DNA from: Octopus sinensis
Lineage: Eukaryota
Reading direction: 5' to 3'
Assembly: GCF_006345805.1 (NCBI RefSeq)
Contig: NW_021832213.1
Span: 1-30,643, forward strand
DNA length: 30,643 nucleotides
Part shown: positions 21,318 to 30,643 of the stretch, in pieces
Layout of the letters: the number at the start of each line of letters is the position of its first letter
Numbering within the stretch: the first letter of the stretch is position 1
Program-made: the position numbers and the translations under genes
The notes under the pieces: model-generated
What the model was told of the DNA's origin: nothing
Database searches by the model: none
Seen by the model: only the letters and a program-made list of their open reading frames with translations

Positions 21318-24201
21318 TATGTTCTTTATTAGCCACACAGGGCTGCACACAGATAGAACAAATTACAAAGGTAATCTTTTCTTTTGAAAGGTTTAAAAAA
21401 AAAAAAAAAGGAAGGGGGGAGTTTCGATCAAAAGGGATCGTAAAGGAATAAGAGAGACAAAAAAAGGGGGTTTAAAAAAAAAAGGGGGAGAGGAAAAAAA
21501 AATTGATCAATAGGGATCGTTATCACAGAAATGTCAATATGAAGTGTAAAGGGGAGACAGGTGATTTTTACCCGTGGAAAGAAAAGCCTACGGAAAAGAC
21601 CACGGTAACTCCTCGTCAATGAAGTCAATTTTATTTTCTTTTTTTTTTTTTTTGCAAATAAGCAACTCTCTGTTTTCGATTTCTGGGTTCATAGGACTAT
21701 GCTCAAGTGGCTTCGTCATTCATACGTGCCATTCTTGCTACATTCACCCATCTTTTTTTAAAACATTCGCTAGACAAAACTTGCCTCTCTACTCTCACTT
21801 TCCTTTTCAAGTGGTACTTGAAGAAGTTGATGAGAGATTGACCAGAGAGAAAGTGTTTGTCTCCAATCCTTTCAGACGCGTCCACCAGATACATTCTTTT
21901 CGCCATAGCCACAAGGATGATAAATAGCTCTTCCTTCCCGTTTGAATGAAGGAGGCGTGACAATATTGACGATAGACTCAGCTGATAAACCGACTCGTCC
22001 CACACGTGACAGCAGTTGTTCGACATAAGCCCACAGGTCGGAAATTGTTGGACACTGAACGAGTGCGTGCAGAACGGTTTCGTCGCTCTGACCGCATCTC
22101 GGGCAGGTCGGCCCCGTGTTTTCTCGAGCCGTGTCTGTAGAGCTTATCCCGAACGGGTAGCGCTTCTCGGTAGCACTGCCAGGCCAGGGATCTCTGGGAA
22201 GTTTTCCATGGGCCCTGGCCCGAAAGTCGTCCCGAACAGCGGGTCAGGTACTCCTCGTCGACGTCCAGTTCGCCCCGAGCTCGTCGTCGTACATCCCCTC
22301 CACTAAACCCCTATAGAATGCTTTGGTTGGTGTTGAAGTCACTTAAGGTCGACCCAGGACGGCAGAGTTGCTTGAGAGCAACGCGACACCGCGGTGCCAT
22401 TCGCCCTTCCTCGGCCTCTTTTTGATCCACGACTGCAGTTCGGTCTGATACGAGCTGCGGGAAAGCGTGCCTCACAAACTGCGACCACCCGTTCACCGTC
22501 GTCTACATAGAGCCAGAGACGTCGCAGTCTCAGCGCGTGTCTGCGCATCATCAACCACGGCGTGCCCAGCCCTCCTTTTAACGGGTGTTTGACAGCAAAT
22601 GGATCGCCTGACCATCGGACGCATCCTTTCCACAAGAAAGCGAAGAGGATGCGTTGTAGTTTGGTGATGGTAGGGTCGGGACAATGTACGACGGTCAGGC
22701 GGTAGTAGATGACGGACGCGATGTACGTGTGCGCCCCTCCGCTCGACCTTTTAGGGACAGTTTCCTCTCGGCCCATTGCCGGCGAGAGTGACCACCCTAC
22801 TCGTTATCTCGTTCCAGTTCTTCTCTCCACTTGGAGGTCCGGACCGAACCAGACCCCGAGCAACTCAACCGGGCCGTCGGTCCAGCGTCCCACGACGGAG
22901 GCGCTGGTGGACGGCATGGGCTTGCTTCTCCAGGTGCCTAGTCGCAAGCCCACTGACTTTTCCCGGTTGATTTTCGCTCCTGTCACCGCTTCGTAGTTTT
23001 TCAGTGTCTCGCCGACCAGCTCGATGTGCTCGTGGCTAGACACTATGACGGTGACGTCGTCCGCGTATGCAGACACGCTCGTCCCCATCCCCATTCTCGC
23101 GGGATGCCCCTTAGAGTCGCCAGCTCCGCAGTAGTGGCTTCCAGAGTCAATACTTATAGAAGCGCCGAGAGGGGGCATCCTGACGGACCGACGTGCAATG
23201 TCGAAAGGTCTCGATAGATGTCCATTTACGCGAATTACCGAACGGATGCCTCTGTACAAGGCAGCTATCCAGCCGCGGAAGACGGGACCGAAACCAGCCG
23301 CTCTCAGGACTGCCTCCAAGTAATCGATGGTCTATACCCCATCAAAGGCTTTCGATTGATCCAAGTTGATCAGGGCCCCACCCATGCCAGGTTCGTTAAC
23401 TACCCTGTCTATGATGTAGCGCATCAGATGGAGGTTGTCATGGATGGTCCGGCCTGGCACACGGCGCATGTTTGCGCCTTGTCGACCAGTTTCTCGATGA
23501 CAATCGCCAAACCTGGCTAGCACCTTGGCCAAAATTTTCAAGTCTGCATTAAGCGAGTGATGGGCCTAAAGTTATCTATTACATTTCCCTTGTTTAGATC
23601 TTTCTTCAGCAGTGTTACGGCTCCTCGGCTCACAAACCAGGAATGCTCCCGTTTTGCTGCCAGTTGCAGTAACCCCGCCCAGAGATCTCCAAACAAGTCT
23701 GGCATACAATTGTAAAGCTCGTAGGGTAGACCATCCAAACCGGTGATTTGTCCCTCGAGCTTCTGCCATCGGCTTCCCGCACTTCCGCCGCCTTGATGGC
23801 CCTTCGCAGCACCCTGCCTTTCTTGTCGAGAGTCGTGTAGGCTATGTGTGGTAGGCACTGAAGTCACACCCTACGTTCTTGCCCTCCACTCGTTCCGAAC
23901 AGTCGGGCAAAATGCTGCTGAAAGGCCTCACCCATTTTAACTTGGCTCGAGCAATTCGCGCCCCTGTTCATCTACCAGTGACCGAATGGTGGCTTTGTTG
24001 CCCTGTTTGCGCCTCTGCCACCCGGCCTCTCTCGGCGGCTCCAACACCTTCGTTCCTTAGAGGCACGCATCCTAGCTCTGACAGCACATCCTTCGTGTTT
24101 GGCGTTGAAGTGTTGGTCGAGGGCCCAACCTCAGCCGCCAAAACGTCGGATGCGATGCCCGTTAATTGCCTCTTCTAGCTCTTAACTAGCTCACCCTCTA
24201 C
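21318..24201 (-). mobile_element. 5'-truncated Tx1-clade (L1 superfamily) LINE: ORF2 RT, C-terminal CCHC knuckle and 3' UTR; frameshifted
   Basis: DGLPYELY, NFRPIT, KILAKVLA, VPGRTIHDNLHLMRYII, GALINLDQSKAFD, GFGPVFRGWIAALY, SAYADDVTV (YADD at 23056-23067), YEAVTGAKINREKSVGL, CPRCGQSDETVLHALVQC (22052-22105); no endonuclease domain or ORF1 in the retained part. Confidence 0.93.
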
Positions 24202-24209
24202 AGATAGAT

Positions 24210-24247
<38 letters not shown>

Positions 24248-24250
24248 CAG
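24202..24250. repeat. (GATA)n microsatellite at the LINE 5' truncation point
   Basis: Direct reading. Confidence 0.95.
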
Positions 24251-24579
24251 ACCAGACATGATTGATTGGCCGAATAAGAGAAAGAAATAGAGATAAAATA
24301 TCATGTATAAAATGTATATTGAATTGTATTTAAAATTATAAGAAAATAAAAGATTGGAAACAAACGCTTCAAATATTTATAAATATGCATGTGCGGTGGT
24401 GTATATTTGTGTTTATATCTATAATACGTGTGTATATAAAATGGTATGTGGTATATATATTATATATATATATATATATTATATATAATATAAATTATAT
24501 GATACATATATATATACATATATATATATGTATTATGTGTGTATAGAATATATATATATAGTGTGTGGTATTATGTATA

Positions 24580-24624
<45 letters not shown>

Positions 24625-25041
24625 TATAAAATATTTAAATATACATCTATATTATATATATAATATCTATAAAGTACATATGCATGAATTAATAAATGTT
24701 TATCTGTAAACTTTAAATGGCAAACAGCGCCAATGTATTTCTTACTGCCAGTTATACTAAAAGCATTTAAGGTAATTAAGAAATCAGAGTATCGCTGTAT
24801 CAGTCATATCTTGCAGCATATCAAATATTTATCTAAATTATCATTAATCCGCACAGAGATAGGATGTTAATTCATATGTGTTTATGTTTGTGTCTACATA
24901 TATAAATATAAATTTTCACAAGGGTTGATAGTGGCTTCGAAGTGACGGCATTCTTTCAATTTATTGGAGGTTTTAAGACGGGACTTTGAATTCAAAGTCG
25001 ATTTTTTTCTCCTGGCAAATATTTAATAAATGTACTCTATA

Positions 25042-25257
25042 GGCGCAGGTGTGGCTGTGTGGTAAGTAGCTTGCTTAACAACCACATGGTTCCGGGTTCA
25101 ATCCCACTGCGTGGCATCTTGGGCAAGTGTCTTCCTCGACTTGTCTGTCATCCTCTCGGACTCGATAAAATAAGTATCAATTGATTGGTGGGCTCGATAT
25201 AATGGACATTCACCCTCCCACGCAATTTCTGATCTTCTGCCAAAATTGGAAACCAAT
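25042..25257 (+). mobile_element. Chimeric SINE: family A head (25042-25134) joined to family B 3' body with tail B (25135-25257)
   Basis: The family A match stops at GGGCAAGTGTCTTC; the sequence continues TCGACTTGTCTGTCATCCTCTCGG...GCCAAAATTGGAAACCAAT, homologous to the reverse complement of 29936-30060. Confidence 0.7.
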
Positions 25258-25619
25258 ATACGTTAAAGCTTACTTTTAATTTTTTAACATCTCGAGATTA
25301 TCGAGACGATACAAAAGCCCGACTCACGATGTATTATCTTTAACGGGATCGATTGGTATACAACTATTAAACTCAACCACATATTGCTACGTATATTAAC
25401 TTCGATATTTTGCCATGCTTTCAGCGTTCTTTTACTCGTCCTTGCCTGCTTCTCTTCCCGTTTTACGGCCCAGCGCTACCCTTGTATCTCCTCTACGTTT
25501 TCTTTTAAAGGCGATTTTAATTGGGCGATCTATCATTATTGATCACTGTTCAAGTTCAAATTAAAGTCAATCGTTTTAATTGTGACTGCTACAGATTACA
25601 AAAATGCATACAAGCATAC

Positions 25620-25816
25620 ACATACTCACGTGTTATATATATATACATACATACATGCACACACACACACACACATATATATATGTTATATATATATGTA
25701 TATATATATATATATATATATTATACATATAACATATATATATATGTATATATATATATATATGTATATATATATGTATATATATAAACATATATATGTA
25801 TATATATATATATGTA

Positions 25817-25853
<37 letters not shown>

Positions 25854-26079
25854 ATATATACATATATATATATATAAATATATATATAAATAATATATAT
25901 AAACATATATATATATATCTGTGTATGCATATAGGTATGTATATGTATATACATACACATACACACTCATATATACATATATATAAGTGTAATATCACAC
26001 AATGCTTTACCAAGACTACTCCATTTTAATATGTCTGTGTATGGATATGCCTGTGTGTATGTATGCGTGTGTGTGTGTG

Positions 26080-26110
<31 letters not shown>
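25620..26110. repeat. (TA)n/(TG)n low-complexity block
   Basis: Direct reading. Confidence 0.9.
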
Positions 26111-26457
26111 TGTTTGTATAAATCGTCGGGCGCTTCATTTCCATTGTTTGTTTGTTTTTTTGTAAATATTTCTCGTTTTTTGTTTTTATATTTCACGTTG
26201 GCATATAATTGTGTTTTCTATTTTTCGAGGTGGGTGTAATAGATTGTGGATATTTTTAGGGTGAATTTTCCACATAGTCTTCTTGTTGTTGTTGTTATTG
26301 TTGCCATTGACCTTGTTGTTGTTGTTGTTAATGTTGCTATTGTTGTTGTTGTTGTTGTTGTTGTTGTGAGTCTCGCAAACAAAACGACTCATTAGAAATA
26401 GATGTATTCTGAATTCTATCAGTTTCTGCAAACAAATATTGACATCCATCTATTTAC

Positions 26458-26510
26458 ACGCGTAATTGGCTTTTTCGTCTTTTATCAACGAAACCTTGTC
26501 GATCAATATA
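26458..26510 (-). CDS. Candidate 53-nt exon (YIDRQGFVDKRRKSQLR) of an unidentified gene
   Basis: Strong minus-strand acceptor ttttttttgtttgttttgttcag|, open frame, donor GT|gtaaat (or an in-frame TAA if terminal); no homology recognised. Confidence 0.25.
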
Positions 26511-26829
26511 CTGAACAAAACAAACAAAAAAAATTAATCTGAAACAGTACATACGCACACACACGCGTATGCTCGCACATACGCATGCACAACTGCTCGC
26601 ACACGAGCGCGCGCATACGCATGCACGTACACACACATTTTGTGCTTCAGTATTACGTCTAGGGTTAACTCTTTCCCGTGGAATACTCGGCCGTTTAGCA
26701 GTCTGGCTTTAAAATTAGATCAGTGGATTGAACAATCAAATTCTTCGTCGCCAGAAACGTTGGTGACTGGTTAGACAGTAAGAAGCATAGGGACGGTTAC
26801 GCGATTTCATGGTTTCTCAGGTGTATATA

Positions 26830-27004
26830 TTCGTTCTTAGACGGGATACCTGTCCATTGCAGCTTTATTCATTTTTACTAGTTGGGCGAACTCCAGCAAC
26901 GTAAAATGAAGTATTTTGCTCAAGAACAAACCGCATTGCCCGGTCCAAGTATCAATCTTACGAACATTAGTCCAACACCCTAACTACTAAACTATGCGCG
27001 TCTC
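26830..27004 (-). mobile_element. Degenerate tRNA/CORE-like SINE
   Basis: Reverse complement GACGCGCATAGTTTAGTAGTTAGGG head and TGTTCTTGAGCAAAATACTTCATTTTACGTTGCT CORE-like segment. Confidence 0.6.
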
Positions 27005-27139
27005 TGAATCCACCATTGGAGGATTCATGGATAATTATGTAGACCTTATTTTCTTTGAAGTTATAGTATTTTCATTTTTGGTATTTTCATGTCGCACATG
27101 TGTTTATACCTCAGTTTAGCGGGGGGTTTTGGGGGTTTC

Positions 27140-27391
27140 TTTTTTACTTTCAGCTCAGAGCTGCGGCCATGCTGATTCACCGCCGTTAACATATATACAC
27201 ACATATATATATATTTATACATTATATACGACGTGCCTCTTTCAGTGTCCGTCTACCAAATCCACTCACAAGGCTTTGGTCGGCCCGAGGCTATAGTAGA
27301 AGACACTTGCCCAAGGTACCACGCAGTGGGACTGAACCCAGAACCATGTGGTTGGTAAGCAAGCTACTTACCACACAGCCACTCCTGCACC
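27140..27391 (-). mobile_element. Family A SINE, internally deleted
   Basis: 27228-27391 is a close reverse complement of 4374-4535; 27140-27190 matches the tail. Confidence 0.85.
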
Positions 27392-27599
27392 ATAAGGATT
27401 GTTACAAAATAACATCACCACTTTTATTTATTTATTTATTTATATATTCATTTATTTACTTTTTTATATATTCTTGCAAAGCAAATTAAAATGCAAACTT
27501 CTTGGAACGACAAACAGACAGAGGACCTCTGGAGTACTGATGAGAATATAACGCATATCTACTACAACGAAATTCCACCATTTCCGTTGTTACGTAGAC

Positions 27600-27920
27600 T
27601 GGCACTCCGTCGGTTACGACGACAGTGTTCCAGTACCTCCGATGAACCGATCAGCCTGCTCGTGAAATTACCGTGCAAGTTGCTGAGCACTCCACGGACA
27701 TGCTTACCGTTATCGGAGATCTCTGAGAAATTCAGCGATACAGAATGTAACAAGGTTGGCCCTTTGAAATCCAGATACAATTGATTTTTGCAAGTTGATT
27801 GAACTGGAGCAATGCGGAAATTAAAAAATCTTGCTCAAAGACACAACGTGTCACCAGGAATCGAACTCACAACCTTACAATCGCGAGCTGAATACCCTAA
27901 CCACTAAGCTACGCGCCTTC
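27600..27920 (-). mobile_element. tRNA-derived SINE with CORE-like middle and the family C tail
   Basis: GAAGGCGCGTAGCTTAGTGGTTAGGG head, GAGTTCGATTCC B-box; 27600-27780 homologous to 2435-2616. Confidence 0.85.
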
Positions 27921-28210
27921 CGTAGTTACCTAACTCGTTGCGAATGCTTTGGAAAAATGTAATACAGACGTAAGTCTTAGCGATTTTTAATGTAACCAAG
28001 CAGCTGCTTTCTCGGTTGAAAAACAAAAGAAAAAAAACTGTGTATGTCTAGACTTTGGCGTCTTTATTTCGTCATACTGAAGTATGACATCGTGAATACA
28101 CTTGAGACGAAAAGACAGTGTCACATCTTGAAATGGTGAAGAAACACGATGCATAAAGGTAGTCACATCGGAGGGGGACTCAACAATCAGCGAATATATA
28201 TGTGTGTGTG

Positions 28211-28450
28211 GAAGCTAGCTTACCAACTACATCCGTCCGGGTTCAGTCCTACTGCGTGGCACCTTGGGTAAGTGTCTTCTACTAGAGAGCCTCGGGCCGG
28301 CCACAGATTTGTGAGTGGATTTACTTGTCGGAAACTGAAAGAAGCCCGTCATGTGTGTGTGTGTGTGTGTGTATAAATTTGTCCCGCTGCACATCTCGAC
28401 AACCAGTGTTGGAGCGTGCAGTCCTCGTTACTTAGCGGTTCATCAAAAAG
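28211..28450 (+). mobile_element. Family A SINE, truncated and degenerate
   Basis: Matches ~4398-4660. Confidence 0.8.
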
Positions 28451-28459
28451 CAATTCACT

Positions 28460-28814
28460 GAAATATGAAAGATGCGGTAAATTAAAGCGAGAACTGTGCC
28501 TGTTATTGTAGGAGCCCTAGGTATGATAAAAAAGATCTGTCAGAAACATCTGAATAAGATACCAGGAGAACCATGTCTCAGAGAAATCCAAAAGATTGTG
28601 CTGACAAGTACTGCCGACATCCTTGGAAAATCCCTATCCATTTAAATGCCTATGTTGTATATATGAAGATATTTCACTTGCCCTCCCAAGCTTTCAGTCA
28701 TACTGTAACATCTCTAAACCTTCACTCGCCCTAAGACACTGGGTGTGTCTTGGCAAGTGATTGTAACAAACATGCAGATTAAAAGTAAAAGACAGTAGTA
28801 ATAATAATAATAAT
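28460..28814 (+). mobile_element. R4/Dong-like LINE 3' end (restriction-like endonuclease C-terminus, 3' UTR, (AAT)n)
   Basis: IKARTVPVIVGALGMIKKICQKHLNKIPGEPCLREIQKIVLTSTADILGKSLSI* (stop 28643-28645); P-V/I-x-I/V-GALG is the pattern I associate with RLE-type non-LTR elements. Confidence 0.8.
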
Positions 28815-29330
28815 CCTTTCTACTACAGGTAGAAGGACTGAAATTTGGGGAAAGGGGGACAGTCGATTACATTCACTCTAGTCGGCGGAATTTGAACTGA
28901 GAACGGAAGGACGGATGAAGTCCTTATTTCTTTACTACCCATAAGGGGCTAAACACAGAGAGGACAAACAAAGACAGACGGATTATGTCGATAATATCGA
29001 CCCTAGTGCGTAACTGGTATTATTTAATCGACCCCGAAGGATGAAAGGAAAGTCTACCTCGGCGGAATTTGAACTCAGAACGTAGCGGCAGGCGAAATAC
29101 CTATTTCTTATTACCCACAAGGGGCTAAACACAGAGGGACAAACAAGGACACACATAGGTATTAAATCGATTACATCGACCCCAGTTCGTAACTGGTACT
29201 TAATTTATCGACCCCGAAAGGATGAAAGGCAAAGTCGACCTCGGCGGAATTTGAACTCACAACGTAACGCAGGCGAAATACCGCTAAGCATTTCGCCCGA
29301 CGTGCTAACGTTTCTGCCAGCTCGCCGCCT
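28815..29330 (-). mobile_element. Head-to-tail family B SINE multimer: one full monomer plus two 5'-truncated monomers
   Basis: Full copy 29101-29329; second unit 28923-29100 and third unit 28815-28922 restart at the internal GGTATTTCG site; the last unit is internally deleted and ends in tail B. Confidence 0.88.
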
Positions 29331-29469
29331 TATAACGACAACAACAACAACAACAGCAACATAATAATAATAAAACATAATAATATAATAATAATAATAA
29401 TAATAATAATTAATATTATAATATTAACAACAACACACAACAACAACAATAACATAATTAATAATAATA

Positions 29470-29503
<34 letters not shown>

Positions 29504-29545
29504 TATTAATAATATTAACAACAACAACAACAACACAACAATAAC

Positions 29546-29584
<39 letters not shown>
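29331..29584. repeat. (AAC)n/(AAT)n microsatellite field
   Basis: Direct reading. Confidence 0.9.
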
Positions 29585-29585
<1 letters not shown>

Positions 29586-29933
29586 GAAGTATTTCATCTA
29601 AGGAATTTGGAATACTGTTGACATATAAGGACCTTGAGATTGAGATATCTAGGAGGTGGCAATTAAAAACCAAAACCATTCCTGTTGTTGTAGGATTCCT
29701 GAGAATGATTAAGAAAGGTAGTGACAATTTTTTTCACCAGTTCCCTGGCAATCCAACAATCTATGAGACTCAAAAGACTATGATAACACCAACCACCCAC
29801 ATTCTCAGGAATTTTCCCTCTGTGTGATATATACGTGCCGTAAGTCTCTGGTTGAGACCTGGTCGCAAGATGAAAATAAAATGCATAGCAATCAGAAAAT
29901 AATAATGATAATAATAATAATAATAATAATAAT
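29585..29933 (+). mobile_element. Second R4/Dong-like LINE 3' end, flanked by (AAT)n on both sides
   Basis: YKDLEIEISRRWQLKTKTIPVVVGFLRMIKKGSDNFFHQFPGNPTIYETQK...THILRN; homologous to 28460-28645 at protein level but a different subfamily. Confidence 0.8.
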
Positions 29934-29935
29934 TA

Positions 29936-30134
29936 TGGTTTCAAAGTTTGGCACGAGGCCAGGAATTTTGTGGGGAGGGGGTGTTAGTCGATTACGTTGA
30001 CTCCAGGGTTCAGCTGGTACTTAATTTATCGACCTCCGAAAGGATGAAAGACAAAGTCGACCTCGGCGGAATTTGAACCCAGAAAGTGCCGACAGACGAA
30101 ATACTGCTGAGCATTTTGTCCGGCATTCTAACGA
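29936..30134 (-). mobile_element. Family B SINE with tail B
   Basis: AAAGTCGACCTCGGCGGAATTTGAACCCAGAA matches family B; tail CCCTCCCCACAAAATTCCTGGCCTCGTGCCAAACTTTGAAACCA then (ATT)n in sense. Confidence 0.8.
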
Positions 30135-30269
30135 TAACAACAACAACTTCAACAACTACTACTAGTACAATAATAATAATGATATTTGGAGTCAATTTGT
30201 ACAAATACGAAGCTAAAATCAAACATACAAGAAGAAGAAGAAGAAGAAGAAGAAGAAGAAGAAGAAGAA

Positions 30270-30430
30270 TGGTTTCTAATTTAGTGGATACCACCACCCC
30301 AGTACTTGACTGGTACACTATTTTGTCGACACCAGAGAAATGTAAGACAGATTTGTCTTTAGCTGGAATTGAACGTAAATTTCCAGATCAAATACTGAAA
30401 GGCATTTTAAGGGCGATGCTAATCCTTCCC
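30270..30430 (-). mobile_element. Highly degenerate family B SINE
   Basis: CCCCAGTACTTGACTGGTAC...TTTTGTCGAC...GGAATTGAAC...GGCATTTT collinear with family B. Confidence 0.45.
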
Positions 30431-30643
30431 AATACCATCAGTTTCGTTATTCATCAAACTTCATCGGGGCTCATGAGACTAAGCTAACGATACATCTTTT
30501 ACCGAAACGCGGAAGTCAAAACCTATAAGTCCTTCGTCTGTCTTGATCTGTTTCATTTAAAGCTGGGAAGTGGCAAATGGCAGTGAAGGTGATGTATAGC
30601 AAATCTTGAGGCCCAAGGCTCAAAAGCCGTTCAATGATGTAAA

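Noticed and set aside
20884-21361. Repeat-spacer-repeat pattern reminiscent of a CRISPR array (also the SINE multimer at 28815-29330)
   Set aside because: Eukaryotic context; the repeats are microsatellites or SINE units and the spacers are homologous retroelement ends; no cas genes
21574-24178. Numerous overlapping GC-rich ORFs as host genes
   Set aside because: Minus-strand ORFs are frameshifted pieces of one Tx1 ORF2; plus-strand ORFs are their antisense shadows
27537-27590. CTGATGAG...CGAAA as a second hammerhead
   Set aside because: No stem II pairing and no stem I complement after any possible NUH triplet

Overview
Eukaryotic, AT-rich, microsatellite-saturated genomic DNA. The SINE families match those I recall from Octopus, so this is most likely an intron or intergenic interval of an octopus genome (inference, not a database result). 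No complete protein-coding gene is present; most listed ORFs are microsatellite artefacts or pieces of decayed transposons. Recognisable content: a 2.9-kb 5'-truncated Tx1-clade (L1 superfamily) LINE plus a second short 3' copy, both embedded in (GATA)n; two Penelope-like element (PLE) relics of different lineages; an RTE fragment; two R4/Dong-like LINE 3' ends; two non-autonomous Helitrons; about 17 tRNA-derived SINE copies or fragments; a 170-bp foldback element; and two weak minus-strand exon candidates. Three observations stand out. (1) A well-formed type I hammerhead ribozyme at 4004-4094, inside a 414-bp unit bounded by 30-bp inverted repeats. (2) A Tx1 LINE that appears to target (GATA)n. 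(3) The 3' ~45 nt of that LINE are shared with an abundant SINE family, one copy of which sits in (TCTA)n with the same polarity, suggesting a microsatellite-homing LINE/SINE pair.
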